Source: an uncultured archaeon
GTDB taxonomy: Archaea > Iainarchaeota > Iainarchaeia > Iainarchaeales > GCA-2688035
Length of the DNA stretch: 64,000 nucleotides
Direction of reading: 5' to 3'
Assembly (NCBI GenBank): GCA_964569815.1
Contig: CAZMUN010000002.1
Location: 2,701-66,700, forward strand
This document shows positions 36,069 through 45,197 of the stretch, piece after piece (the first letter of the stretch is position 1; the number at the start of each line of letters is the position of its first letter). Made by a program: the position numbers and the translations under genes. The notes below the pieces were generated by a model. It saw only the letters and a program-made list of their open reading frames with translations, ran no database searches and was not told where the DNA came from.

Positions 36069-37646
36069 TTAAATCCTTTTTGCCATGTATTCGCCCTTGT
36101 CTTTAAAGCCAATGGACCGATAGTAGGGCTTTACGCCAAGGCCGCTTATTGCCACAAGCTCTTTAAGGCCTTTTTCCAAAGAAATCTCGATTGATTTTTC
36201 TACCAATGCTTTTCCAAAGCCCCTGTGCTGCAAGGCCTGGGCTTTTCTCTCATGCAATGGGAGGGGCAAGCCAAAAACCCTGAGCTCGCGCAATAGCCCT
36301 GAAGCAGAACCAATTGCTGGCAAAAAAGGCTTTGCAGGAATTCTTAGCCTTGCAAAGCCAAAAAGGCATTCCCTGCTTTTACCCTCTAAGGAAACGAAAA
36401 ACTCTTCGCCTTTGCTTGCCTCATAGGATTCAACAGACATCTCCGCTTCTTTTGAAACAAGGCCAATGCCCTTGGTTGAAAGAAGGCCTGCCTCCCTGCA
36501 CCTGATGCAACTGCATTTTTTGCCTAATTCAGAAAGCCGCTCTAGGACAAGCTGCCGAAGATTGCTTTTTTTTACTCCGGCTGAAATCAAAGGCGAGGGA
36601 ATGTCGCGCTGTATTCTCATGACACGAACCCATTTTGGCAAAGAAGGCTTTACAGAGGAAAGAAGCTTGACCGCCCGCTTGGTTGAAAGAGGCTTGTAAA
36701 GGCCCTTTTTCCACAACTCAAAAAGCTCTGTTCCCTCAATGACAAGGCAGGGGTATATTTTTAGGCCGTCGGGCCTGAAATCAGGGTTTTTGAAAAGCTC
36801 CAGCAAGGCCTTTTTGTCTTCTTTTAGGGAAACCCCAGGCAGCCCAGGCATGTAATGGTAGGTGACCTTGAAAGCGCTGTCTTTAAGCCTTTGGGTTGCG
36901 CCAACAGAGTCCGAGACCGTGTGCCCGCGCCTGACTTTTTCCAAGGCCTTGTCGTAAATGGTTTGAATGCCTAGCTCGCATCTTGTTCCGCCAAAAAACC
37001 TCATCCTAAAAATGTCTTCCTTTGAGCAAAAGTCAGGCCTTGTCTCAAAAGTTATTCCAGTGACCCTGCGGCTGCTTTTCTCTGCGGACTTTTTTGCCGA
37101 CTCAATGCTTTTTGCTTTTGAGCCCGAAAGCGCATTCAGAGAATCCAGCACGAACTTTTTTTGGTACTTCTTCGGCATGCTTAGAAAGGTGCCGCCCATG
37201 ACAACGAGCTCTAGTTTTCCAGTGCTATGGCCTGCCTCTTCAAGCTGGCTTATCCTGTTAAGAACCTGGGTTCTTGCATCAAAACCCGAATTGACTGCAC
37301 GCATTGTTGCGGGTTCCCGGCCAGTATAACTCTTAGGGGTTTCCTTTTCCGGAAGAAGGCTGCTTGGGCAATAAATGCATTTCCCAGGGCACTTGAACGG
37401 CTTTGACATTATTGCGATCACGGATATGCCGCTAAGGCTTCTTGTAGGCTTAACCTTAAGAAGCTTAACAAGAGGGTCTGTTCTTTTGCCTGCAAAGGAA
37501 AGAATGGTTGCATTGGAAGGCATTGAAGCCAGGGAATGCTTTTTGCAGAGCCCTATTTTTGCCTCATTAAGCTGCCTGGCATTGGATACTTTTTTGGATT
37601 TTATAAGGCCGATTACTTCCTTGGAGTAGCATGCAATCTTTGACAA
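36069..37646 (-). CDS. elp3: Elp3-like radical-SAM/GNAT tRNA U34 modification enzyme (carboxymethyluridine synthase)
   Basis: Radical-SAM CPGKCIYCP. C-terminal GNAT motif HRGFGKALVEKSIE. About 525 aa, typical of archaeal Elp3. Confidence 0.8.
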   Translation of the reverse strand: MSKIACYSKEVIGLIKSKKVSNARQLNEAKIGLCKKHSLASMPSNATILSFAGKRTDPLVKLLKVKPTRSLSGISVIAIMSKPFKCPGKCIYCPSSLLPEKETPKSYTGREPATMRAVNSGFDARTQVLNRISQLEEAGHSTGKLELVVMGGTFLSMPKKYQKKFVLDSLNALSGSKAKSIESAKKSAEKSSRRVTGITFETRPDFCSKEDIFRMRFFGGTRCELGIQTIYDKALEKVRRGHTVSDSVGATQRLKDSAFKVTYHYMPGLPGVSLKEDKKALLELFKNPDFRPDGLKIYPCLVIEGTELFELWKKGLYKPLSTKRAVKLLSSVKPSLPKWVRVMRIQRDIPSPLISAGVKKSNLRQLVLERLSELGKKCSCIRCREAGLLSTKGIGLVSKEAEMSVESYEASKGEEFFVSLEGKSRECLFGFARLRIPAKPFLPAIGSASGLLRELRVFGLPLPLHERKAQALQHRGFGKALVEKSIEISLEKGLKELVAISGLGVKPYYRSIGFKDKGEYMAKRI

Positions 37647-37658
37647 AAAATGCCCCCT

Positions 37659-38459
37659 TTAGCCAAGAATTGAAAGAAAGCCGTTAAGCAGGTAAAAGGG
37701 AAGCATTCCTGGAGAGAAGAAAGGAAAGCCCCCAAAAGAGGCCAAATACATTCCTGAAAGAGTGGGCTTTACGCTAAGCCTTGCAGGAAAAGAAAACGTT
37801 TTGCTGTTTTCAAGGGACAAAACCTCGAACTGGAAGTTTTTTTCCCCATAGGCATAAGGCACTACTGAAAGCTCCACGTTTTTGGCCTGCTTTGGCTCAA
37901 GAACAACTGTTTGTGAAGAGAACCAATAGCTTGGAAGGCTGCTCCGGACTTTAACGCGGTGGCTTGCAATCGAATCATTGTTCAGAACAAGGTTAAATTT
38001 TTCCACCTCCCCCAAAACGGTTTCCTGGCTCAATTCTTCAACAGAAGCATCCAAAAGGTTTTCTTGGACCAAAACCGATGCATAAAATGTCTCGCTTAAA
38101 ACAGGCTCTGCGGGATTGCTTGCAGTGAACTTAATCTGCTGTGTGCTTACTTCAGCATTTCTTGGAACCGTGATTTCTGCAATAAGGCTTTTGTCTTCTG
38201 CAATCGAATCAACTTTCCAGCCAGGTGGCAGAAGCGAGGAATCTACGCTGAGAATGGCCCAGTCAAAGGAAAGGTCGCTTTTTTTCTTAATGACAAGGCG
38301 CATGGTTTCCCCCTTTGCAACCTTCCCAAAAGAAAAAACTTCGCTTGAAGAAGGCAAAACCTTCCGGTCAACGGGCTCAACTAGGTAAACTGCACCATAT
38401 GCCGTGGAAAAAAGCAGCAGAACGCAGAATAGCAAAAGCAATCTTTTAAACAAATACAA
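37659..38459 (-). CDS. Secreted/membrane-anchored protein of unknown function (signal peptide plus C-terminal TM)
   Basis: N-terminal LLLLFCVLLLFSTAYGAVY and a C-terminal hydrophobic anchor. Confidence 0.4.
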   Translation of the reverse strand: MYLFKRLLLLFCVLLLFSTAYGAVYLVEPVDRKVLPSSSEVFSFGKVAKGETMRLVIKKKSDLSFDWAILSVDSSLLPPGWKVDSIAEDKSLIAEITVPRNAEVSTQQIKFTASNPAEPVLSETFYASVLVQENLLDASVEELSQETVLGEVEKFNLVLNNDSIASHRVKVRSSLPSYWFSSQTVVLEPKQAKNVELSVVPYAYGEKNFQFEVLSLENSKTFSFPARLSVKPTLSGMYLASFGGFPFFSPGMLPFYLLNGFLSILG

Positions 38460-38505
38460 CCCCTATTATAATAGCCCTAAAGCAAATTAAAAAGGTTATC
38501 TAAAA

Positions 38506-39144
38506 ATGAAGGCACTTGTTTTAAGCGACATACACAGCAGGCTTGAAAACCTTGAAAAAATAATTAAACTTATACATAACGAGGGCGTTGGTTTGGTTGT
38601 CATCGCAGGAGACCTCACAAACTACGGCGAGAAAGCCCAAGCAGAAAAAGTTTTGGAAAAACTCTCCGGCTTCAAAGTGCTGGCTGTTCCAGGAAACCTT
38701 GACACAGAGCAAGTTGTCGAATTCCTTGAGGAAAAAAAGGTTTCCTTGCATGGAAAGAAAGCGGAAGTCGATGGAATCGAATTCATTGGCTTTGGAGCGG
38801 GCTTGCAAGGGAGCCCGGGCTCTTTGCTAAAAAAAGAGGAAGAGATAAAAGAGGCGCTGGAAAAACTCTTCCACAGCCAGAAGAAAAAAGTTCTTGTAAC
38901 GCATTTGCCGCCCTTTGGAACAAGGCTCGACTTGGCAGAAACAGGCGCCAGGGTTGGAAGCAAGTCAGTTAAGGAAATAATCCTGGAAAAAAAGCCCGTT
39001 CTTCATTTCTGCGGCCACTGCCATGAATGCTTTGGAGAAGAAAACTTGGGAGAAACGACAAGCATAAACGTTGCCGCTGTAAAAGACGGGCGAGCTCTTG
39101 TAATCGACTTGGAGGCAATGAAATGGAAAAGAATTCAACTGTAG
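38506..39144 (+). CDS. Calcineurin-like metallophosphoesterase (YfcE/MJ0936-like), 212 aa
   Basis: MKALVLSDIHS, GDLTNYG, GNLD, THLPP, GHCHE motifs. Confidence 0.7.
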   Translation: MKALVLSDIHSRLENLEKIIKLIHNEGVGLVVIAGDLTNYGEKAQAEKVLEKLSGFKVLAVPGNLDTEQVVEFLEEKKVSLHGKKAEVDGIEFIGFGAGLQGSPGSLLKKEEEIKEALEKLFHSQKKKVLVTHLPPFGTRLDLAETGARVGSKSVKEIILEKKPVLHFCGHCHECFGEENLGETTSINVAAVKDGRALVIDLEAMKWKRIQL

Positions 39145-39728
39145 GAAAAAACCGTTTTTCAATGGTAAAAGAAATGCACCGCAACAGCCTTGAAAAAGCA
39201 ATAAAAGAAGGAAAGGCCGACAAACAAATGCATTCAATGTGCAGGTTCGTTGCTTCAACAAAAGATTTTTTTACAAGCAGCAGCTGCGCTGGAAGAATAA
39301 TTCTGCTTGAACTGCCCTTTGACGAAAACAAAAAGGACGCGAGTTTTCACAGAAAATGGCATCGCAGGGTAAAAGAAAAAGAGCTCTGGCAAGGCATTGA
39401 AGGAAAAACCAAGGGCGAGCTTTGGTTCAAGCTGGATCCATTCATTCTTCACATTGGCGCAAACACCCCGGAGAATGCAGGAAAAATTTTAAGCTGCATG
39501 AAAAAAGCAGGCATTAAAAGAGGCGGAATAATCGTCGCAAAGGAAGGCAAGTTTTTGGCGGAAATGCAGGGAACGCAAGCTATTGCCTTCCCCGTAAAGA
39601 AAGGCGGAAAGATTTTGGTTGAAACAGAATTCATGAAATATGTCCTTGAAAGGGCAAACAAAAAACTTGAAAAAAATTACCTGCTTTTAAAAAAACTTGA
39701 AAAAATTCTCAGGAAAGGCCTGAAATGA
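39123..39728 (+). CDS. taw3: tRNA wybutosine/wyosine biosynthesis protein TYW3 (Taw3) family
   Basis: Conserved TSSSCAGRI motif, size about 190-200 aa. Start ambiguous (ATGs at 39123, 39162 and 39174). The track's 39027 start is an over-extension. Confidence 0.6.
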   Translation: MEKNSTVGKNRFSMVKEMHRNSLEKAIKEGKADKQMHSMCRFVASTKDFFTSSSCAGRIILLELPFDENKKDASFHRKWHRRVKEKELWQGIEGKTKGELWFKLDPFILHIGANTPENAGKILSCMKKAGIKRGGIIVAKEGKFLAEMQGTQAIAFPVKKGGKILVETEFMKYVLERANKKLEKNYLLLKKLEKILRKGLK

Positions 39729-40270
39729 ACAAAAACAAAAGGCTTTTTTTTGCAGTGAAACTGCCCCAAAGCATGAAACAGGAAATCGCTGAAAAGGTTC
39801 TTCCGCTAATTGAGAAAGAAAAATGGAGAAAAGTGCTTCCTGAAAACCTGCATATAACAATCCGTTTTTTGGGGCACCTGCCAAAAGAAGCTGTTAACGG
39901 GCTGGAGCAAAAAACCTGCGCTCTGCAGGAAATGGAGGGCTTTGAAGCCGAACTGAACTGCGCAGGGCATTTCAAAAACAAGGTCTTGTGGCTCGGCATA
40001 GGAAAAGGAACAGAAGAATTCAACCTGCTCCACAAAAAGCTGGAAGAATCCCTTGGAACAAGCAACCAAAGGTTTCACGCACACATAACCCTCGCCAGAA
40101 ACAAGGGCGCAAAAAGCAAAGAAGTGAAAGAGCTTGTGGAAAAAATCAGGGCCGCTTTCGAAAGCAAGAAACTTCAGGTTGAAAGCATTGACCTTATGGA
40201 AAGCTTTCTTCAAAAATCGGGGCCACGCTACGAAAAAGTTTTTTCAGTGCAGTTTAAAGGTCCTGAGTGA
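39725..40270 (+). CDS. thpR: RNA 2',3'-cyclic phosphodiesterase / 2'-5' RNA ligase (2H family, ThpR/LigT)
   Basis: Two HxT/SxR motifs, HITIRF and HAHITLAR. Confidence 0.75.
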   Translation: MNKNKRLFFAVKLPQSMKQEIAEKVLPLIEKEKWRKVLPENLHITIRFLGHLPKEAVNGLEQKTCALQEMEGFEAELNCAGHFKNKVLWLGIGKGTEEFNLLHKKLEESLGTSNQRFHAHITLARNKGAKSKEVKELVEKIRAAFESKKLQVESIDLMESFLQKSGPRYEKVFSVQFKGPE

Positions 40271-41807
40271 TCTTTTTTAAAACAGACTCCTGGTCGAAGT
40301 AGTATTGCTGAACCAGCTGCGAAACCGCTTCCCTGCTTCTTATGCCTTTGGAAAGCATGAATTCAAGAATCCTTTTTCGGATGTATATTTCGCGTTTCAG
40401 CTCGTTCTTTGAAAGGCCTGCGCTTGAAGCAAGCTGTTCAACCAGCTCACTTGGAACCTTTGTTCTTTCAGTGCGGCCTGTTTTTTCATTGAATTCATAG
40501 ATGTTGTTCAGCAAAACGGTTTCATCCATTCGCCCAACTTCAGTAATCTGCTTTATTGTCCTAACCATCCCTTTTCTTTTGTCGTAGTGTCTTTCCATTA
40601 CGATAACCATGTCAAGCAAGGGAATCATTTGCTCAGGAACGTTCATGGGAGCGCTCTTAAGCCTTATCATCATCTCGCGGGCGGAATTGCTGTGCAAAGT
40701 CCCCAAAATGCCCCGATGCCCTGTATCCATTGCCACAAAAAGGGTTTCAGCTTCCTGGCTTCTTACTTCACCCACAATTATTCTGTCAGGGCGCATCCTC
40801 AAAGTGTTTTTTAACAAGTCATCCATTGAAACAGCCAAAATGTCTTTCATCTTTGGCTTGGATTCCATCTGAATCCAGTTTTCCCTTACACCCAAATCCA
40901 GCTCTATTGTGTCCTCTATTGAAATTATCCTCTCATCAAAGGGAATGAAGTCAGCCAAAACATTCATCAAAGTGGTTTTTCCTGAACCGGTTCCACCGGT
41001 AATTATTGTATTCATGGGGTGAAGTTTCATTCCCTCAACCATGGTCCAAAGAAATGCTGCAACTTCGGTGTCAAGGGTATTGTTTGCAATAAAGTCAATT
41101 GCTGAAAGAGGTATTTTGCTGAACTTCCTGATGGTAAGCGTATGGCCAAAAGGGCTCACGTAATTGAAGGTTGCGTTAGCCCTGCTTCCATCAGGCAGCC
41201 TTGCATCCAAAAGAGGGTGTGCTTCATTGAACTGCTTGGAAACCGTTGCAGCAATCCTCTTTAGGAGGCTGAACATGCCGCTTTTTTCATCCACCTCAAT
41301 ATTTGTTTTGCAGTTGCCAAAATGCCTGTGAAAAACAAAAACATTCCTTTCAAAGCCATTGACCATTATTTCTTCCAGCTGAGAATCGGTCATAAGAGGG
41401 CTTATGGCGCCATAGCCAATGCTGTGGTCAAGCACATGCCTTATGAAATCGTTCTTGTGCTCAATGCCAAGCTTTTCGGTCACAGGAAGAAGGTTTAAGT
41501 GAAGAACCTCGAACTGCCTCGCGCTTGGAAGCATTTGGGTAAGGCTTTCAACATCAATTGTCTGGATTACGCTGTTCCTGAACTGTTCCACAATGGACTT
41601 GCTTTTCGAGCCAAGCTCGGCATGCAGTGCATTCAGCGAAGCAGACCTTGTAATGACCCTTACAAGAAGGTCCGCCTTTCTTTTTTCCTCCTTTGAAAGC
41701 CCTGTGGAAAGCACTTCATAGAGATTGTAAGGAAACCCGCTGTAAATTTTTGCCTTGGGCTTGCTTTCAAGCAATTTTCCTTTCACAGGCTTAAGGTTCT
41801 CATCCAT
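40254..41807 (-). CDS. Second FlaI/VirB11-family secretion/pilus ATPase (solo, no adjacent platform gene)
   Basis: Walker A IITGGTGSGKTTLMNVL, Asp box, GEVR. Paralog of the 18603 ATPase with a different N-terminal domain. Confidence 0.8.
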   Translation of the reverse strand: MDENLKPVKGKLLESKPKAKIYSGFPYNLYEVLSTGLSKEEKRKADLLVRVITRSASLNALHAELGSKSKSIVEQFRNSVIQTIDVESLTQMLPSARQFEVLHLNLLPVTEKLGIEHKNDFIRHVLDHSIGYGAISPLMTDSQLEEIMVNGFERNVFVFHRHFGNCKTNIEVDEKSGMFSLLKRIAATVSKQFNEAHPLLDARLPDGSRANATFNYVSPFGHTLTIRKFSKIPLSAIDFIANNTLDTEVAAFLWTMVEGMKLHPMNTIITGGTGSGKTTLMNVLADFIPFDERIISIEDTIELDLGVRENWIQMESKPKMKDILAVSMDDLLKNTLRMRPDRIIVGEVRSQEAETLFVAMDTGHRGILGTLHSNSAREMMIRLKSAPMNVPEQMIPLLDMVIVMERHYDKRKGMVRTIKQITEVGRMDETVLLNNIYEFNEKTGRTERTKVPSELVEQLASSAGLSKNELKREIYIRKRILEFMLSKGIRSREAVSQLVQQYYFDQESVLKKITQDL

Positions 41808-41876
41808 GGGAAACTGTAGTATATAAAACCAAATTCATATATAATAGTATTACCAAAATAAAAGGGTGGCCGAAAA
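41808..41876. promoter_or_regulatory. Divergent promoter region with two TATA-like boxes
   Basis: gtatataaaac (41819-41829, serves the minus-strand ATPase about 25 nt from its ATG) and catatataata (41836-41846, serves cca). GGTGG SD-like element lies 9 nt before the cca ATG. Confidence 0.45.
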
Positions 41877-43259
41877 ATGCCTGTTAAAAAAATCCTTTCA
41901 AACGTTTTGAAAAAAATCAAGCCCTCTGAAAAGGAAAAGGAAAAACAAAAAAAGCTTGCAGACAAGCTTATCAGGCAAATAAAAAAAACAAGCGGAAAGC
42001 ATCTTGACGTGATGCTTTGCGGTTCTAATGCCCGTGACACGCATCTTCAAGGAGACAACGACTTGGACATTTTTGTTTTGTTCCCTGAAAAAATGTCACG
42101 CGAAGAGTTTGAAAAAGAAGGGCTAAGAATCGGAAAAAAGGCTTTCCGGGGCCACTGCTGGGAAAAGGCTTTTTCAGAGCACCCTTACATTCGCGGCCAA
42201 ATAGAGGGCTTTGATGTAGAAATAGTTCCAAGCTACCAGGTGAGCAAAGCGGAACTGAAACAAAGCGCTGTGGACAGAAGCCCTTTCCACAACACCTATT
42301 TGAAGAAAAGGCTTAAAGGAAAGAAGAAAGACGAAGCGAGGCTTTTGAGGCAGTTTTTGAAAGGAATTAAATGCTATGGGGCAGACATAAAAGCAAGCTC
42401 TGTCCCAGGCTATGTGGTTGAACTGCTTGTACTTGAATACGGCTCTTTCATGAAAGCGGTGAAAGCCATTTCAGAATGGAAACAGAGCCAGGTAATAGAC
42501 CTGGAAAAGCATTGGAAACAAGAGGAAGCAAAAAGGCTTTTTTCTGACTCGGCCCTAATCGTTATAGACCCTGTTGACAAGAACCGCAATGTTGCAGCCG
42601 CCCTTTCCCTGAACCAGTTCAGCAGGATGGTTGCAGGCTCAAGGGCCTTTTTGCGCAATCCAAGCGAAAAATTCTTTTTCCCAAAAAAGGAAAAGCCCTG
42701 GCAGGTTAAAAAACTGAGAAAAATGCTTCAAAAAAAGGAGCTTGTTGGAATAAAAACCGGCTTTCCAAAAAACGCCTTGCCTGACATAATATGGGGCCAG
42801 ATTCAAAGGTTTGGAAAAAAAATAGCAAAACAGCTGGAACTCAAAGACTTTGAAGTTTTAAGGCAGGAAGCATGGACAGACGAAAAAAAAGACATCTTGA
42901 TGGTGTTTGAAGTCGAGTCAAGAAACCTGCAAAAAAGCCGTGTAGTGCAAGGGCCATTTGTAACAGACGAAGAAAACAGCAAAGCGTTCCTGAAAGCGCA
43001 TCCGCGGATAATAGCAGGCCCAAGGATAGAGAACGGGCGATGGGTAATCGAAATTCCAAGAAAACACACCCGCATTGAAAGCTTTTTGAAAGAGTTTTTG
43101 AAAAAAGAAAAGCGCGTGGAAAAATCCGAAATTAAAAAAGCGCTAAACAAGGGAACCAGTGTTTTGCAGGAAGAAGGCCTGATAAGCCTCTTCAAAAAAA
43201 ACAAAGAGTTTGCATCATTCCTGACACAATATCTAAAAGGTGGGGAAGAGTTCCTTTAA
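41877..43259 (+). CDS. cca: CCA-adding enzyme, archaeal class I tRNA nucleotidyltransferase
   Basis: CGSNARDTHLQGDNDLDIFVLFP is the class I signature (GS, ARxT, D.D). Confidence 0.85.
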   Translation: MPVKKILSNVLKKIKPSEKEKEKQKKLADKLIRQIKKTSGKHLDVMLCGSNARDTHLQGDNDLDIFVLFPEKMSREEFEKEGLRIGKKAFRGHCWEKAFSEHPYIRGQIEGFDVEIVPSYQVSKAELKQSAVDRSPFHNTYLKKRLKGKKKDEARLLRQFLKGIKCYGADIKASSVPGYVVELLVLEYGSFMKAVKAISEWKQSQVIDLEKHWKQEEAKRLFSDSALIVIDPVDKNRNVAAALSLNQFSRMVAGSRAFLRNPSEKFFFPKKEKPWQVKKLRKMLQKKELVGIKTGFPKNALPDIIWGQIQRFGKKIAKQLELKDFEVLRQEAWTDEKKDILMVFEVESRNLQKSRVVQGPFVTDEENSKAFLKAHPRIIAGPRIENGRWVIEIPRKHTRIESFLKEFLKKEKRVEKSEIKKALNKGTSVLQEEGLISLFKKNKEFASFLTQYLKGGEEFL

Positions 43260-43831
43260 AGCGGCTTAATCTGCTTGAAGACATTAACATGGGCGCAGTA
43301 AGAGCCGTCCCTTAGCTTTGAGGCATTTGGCAGGGAACCATATTTTTTAAAGCCAAACCTCCTGTGAAGCCTTCTGCTTCTTTTGTTTTTTCCAAAATAG
43401 CCAGATTCGATTATGCTAAAAGGAGTCTCCTTTTTTGCTAGCCCCAGAGCCTTTTTCAAAAGCCTTGTCCCGATTTTCAGGCCGGTGAATTGCTCTTTAA
43501 GCATAATTCCCAGGGTGCCAACATGCGGCGAAGTGTCGTACTTGCAGCACTGGATTGAAACATCCCCAACAAGGCTTCCATCTGCTTCCACAAACAAAAC
43601 AAAGCCTCGGCCTTTTCTCATCTCCTCAAGCCTGGCCTTTAGCCATTTCCTTTCAGAAGCAAGCGTTTCCATCTTGCGCTGGCCAAGGTAGTCTGCTTCA
43701 CGCCTAATGGAGTTAACCATTTCCAAGGCAGGCTTTGCATCACCCTTTTTTGGAAACCTGAAAACAATCTCCACGCTATTGCCTTCTTTGGTTTTGACCT
43801 TAAACCTGTCAACAACTTTTCCTTGCCTCAT
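43256..43831 (-). CDS. GNAT family N-acetyltransferase
   Basis: GFVLFVEADGSLVGDVSI...HVGTLGIMLKEQFTGLKIGTRLLKKAL. Start placed at the ATG at 43831. The track's longer ORF reads through the tRNA-Arg gene. Confidence 0.6.
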   Translation of the reverse strand: MRQGKVVDRFKVKTKEGNSVEIVFRFPKKGDAKPALEMVNSIRREADYLGQRKMETLASERKWLKARLEEMRKGRGFVLFVEADGSLVGDVSIQCCKYDTSPHVGTLGIMLKEQFTGLKIGTRLLKKALGLAKKETPFSIIESGYFGKNKRSRRLHRRFGFKKYGSLPNASKLRDGSYCAHVNVFKQIKPL

Positions 43832-43833
43832 AA

Positions 43834-43908
43834 TGGATCCGGAGGGATTCGAACCCCCGACCTCTTCGTCCGAAGCGAAGCGCCCAATCCTGACTAGGCT
43901 ACGGATCC
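43834..43908 (-). tRNA. tRNA-Arg (anticodon TCG)
   Basis: Hand-folded. Perfect 7-bp acceptor stem GGATCCG/CGGATCC. Anticodon loop CTTCGGA with U33. T-arm GGGGG-TTCGAAT-CCCTC. No encoded CCA. Confidence 0.75.
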
Positions 43909-44132
43909 AAGCATAAGCCATTTGGGTTTAATTCTCTATTTAATATTTGTTGTCTTTGTTTATAAGCTGTTTTTCTCAGGCAGAGTCCATGCAGTCTATC
44001 CATTAGCCTGCAGGCCCTTTAAAAAAACTCTTTTAGCCAAAGTTTGTTTAAGTGTGCTTTTTTTGCTTTTTTGAGGAAGATTTTTAAAGAAAGGGAACAA
44101 CAGTTTGTTTGGATAAAAGAGGTTTTTATTGA

Positions 44133-44624
44133 ATGCGTTTTAGGTTCTGGAAAAAGCCAAAGGCAGCAGGCCAGCAAAAAAAGGCGGGTGAAAAGCCAGG
44201 GCAGGAAAGGCCCCTGGTTACGGAAAAGGAAAAAAGGCAGCAGGCCGAAAAAACAGGGGAAGACGCTAGAGTCCAGCAGGCAAAAAAAACCAGGGAAAGA
44301 AAAGAGCAGGCCCAAAAAGAAGTTATCGAAAGAGCCAAGATGATAAAAGCCGGTTCCAAACTGCCAGACTTTTCAAAAGCATGCGCTGCAAAAGGCATTG
44401 ACCCCGGCCAGGCCTTTCAAAACCTTTACAGGCATTTTTCAAGGTTGCGCGGCCTCTCAGAGCTTGAAGCAATGGCAGAGGTTGGCTCAAGAATAGAAGG
44501 CAGGAAATTCAGCGAGGCAAGGTTTTGGGCCGAAATAATGGTTTTAAACGGCTTGCAGCCTGTTTCAAAGGCAAAAGTTCCAAAAAAGTACCTTGAATTC
44601 GTGAAGTCAAAAAAGAAAAAATAG
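44133..44624 (+). CDS. Hypothetical protein with a K/E/Q-rich N-terminal half and a globular C-terminal half
   Basis: ORF only. The real start may be the internal Met (MIKAGSKLPDF...). Confidence 0.3.
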   Translation: MRFRFWKKPKAAGQQKKAGEKPGQERPLVTEKEKRQQAEKTGEDARVQQAKKTRERKEQAQKEVIERAKMIKAGSKLPDFSKACAAKGIDPGQAFQNLYRHFSRLRGLSELEAMAEVGSRIEGRKFSEARFWAEIMVLNGLQPVSKAKVPKKYLEFVKSKKKK

Positions 44625-44681
44625 CAAGCTTTTAAATAGTATGCGACCAGAATAATTTTAATCGAATTTCTCGTGATTTGA

Positions 44682-44837
44682 ATGAAGGTTTGTAGCACAT
44701 GTAACAAGGAAGTCTCAAACGACTTTGTTGAGTTCCGCTGCCCGAAATGCGCAAAGGCAGCCATAATCAGGTGCTTTCACTGCAGGAACACCGCAAAAAC
44801 CTACAAGTGCCCTGAATGCGGATTTGAAGGGCCATAA
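44682..44837 (+). CDS. 51-aa double CxxC zinc-ribbon protein (COG2888-like, often linked to aEF-1beta); absent from the ORF track
   Basis: Hand translation MKVCSTCNKEVSNDFVEFRCPKCAKAAIIRCFHCRNTAKTYKCPECGFEGP. Lies immediately upstream of aEF-1beta. Confidence 0.6.
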   Translation: MKVCSTCNKEVSNDFVEFRCPKCAKAAIIRCFHCRNTAKTYKCPECGFEGP

Positions 44838-44855
44838 GATTTCTTTGGTGACCCT

Positions 44856-45116
44856 ATGGGAAAAACTGTTTTGATTTACAGGATTAACGCAAAGGACATG
44901 GAAAAAATAGACGAAACCATGAAAGACCTGAAAAAGGTTTCCAAAGGCGAGTTTCGCGACGCAAAAAAGGTTCCAATAGCATTCGGAGCCGAATTCATAA
45001 AAGCTGCTTTCACCGTTCCGGAAAAAGACGACAAGGTTGTAGAAGAGCTTACAAAAGAAATAAACGCCTTGAAATCAGTGGAAGACGCAGAAGTCCAGGA
45101 AATGACCCTTCTCTAA
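44856..45116 (+). CDS. ef1b: Translation elongation factor aEF-1beta
   Basis: About 86 aa. KVPIAFGAEFIKAAFTVPEKDD...VEDAEVQEMTLL matches the aEF-1beta fold and length. Confidence 0.7.
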   Translation: MGKTVLIYRINAKDMEKIDETMKDLKKVSKGEFRDAKKVPIAFGAEFIKAAFTVPEKDDKVVEELTKEINALKSVEDAEVQEMTLL

Positions 45117-45197
45117 TTTTCGTTTCCTATTCCGCATAACAGTGGAAGCCTGGCTTAAAACCCTTTAAAAACAGGTTTCTGCAATAGTTTTCATGGG

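Noticed and set aside
38506-39144. Considered whether the metallophosphoesterase could be the missing Mre11
   Set aside because: At 212 aa with a YfcE/MJ0936-like motif arrangement it is too short for Mre11, lacks the capping and DNA-binding regions, and is 6 kb from rad50.
43832-43921. N-terminal 30 codons of the track ORF 43256..43921
   Set aside because: They coincide exactly with a well-folded tRNA-Arg on the same strand.
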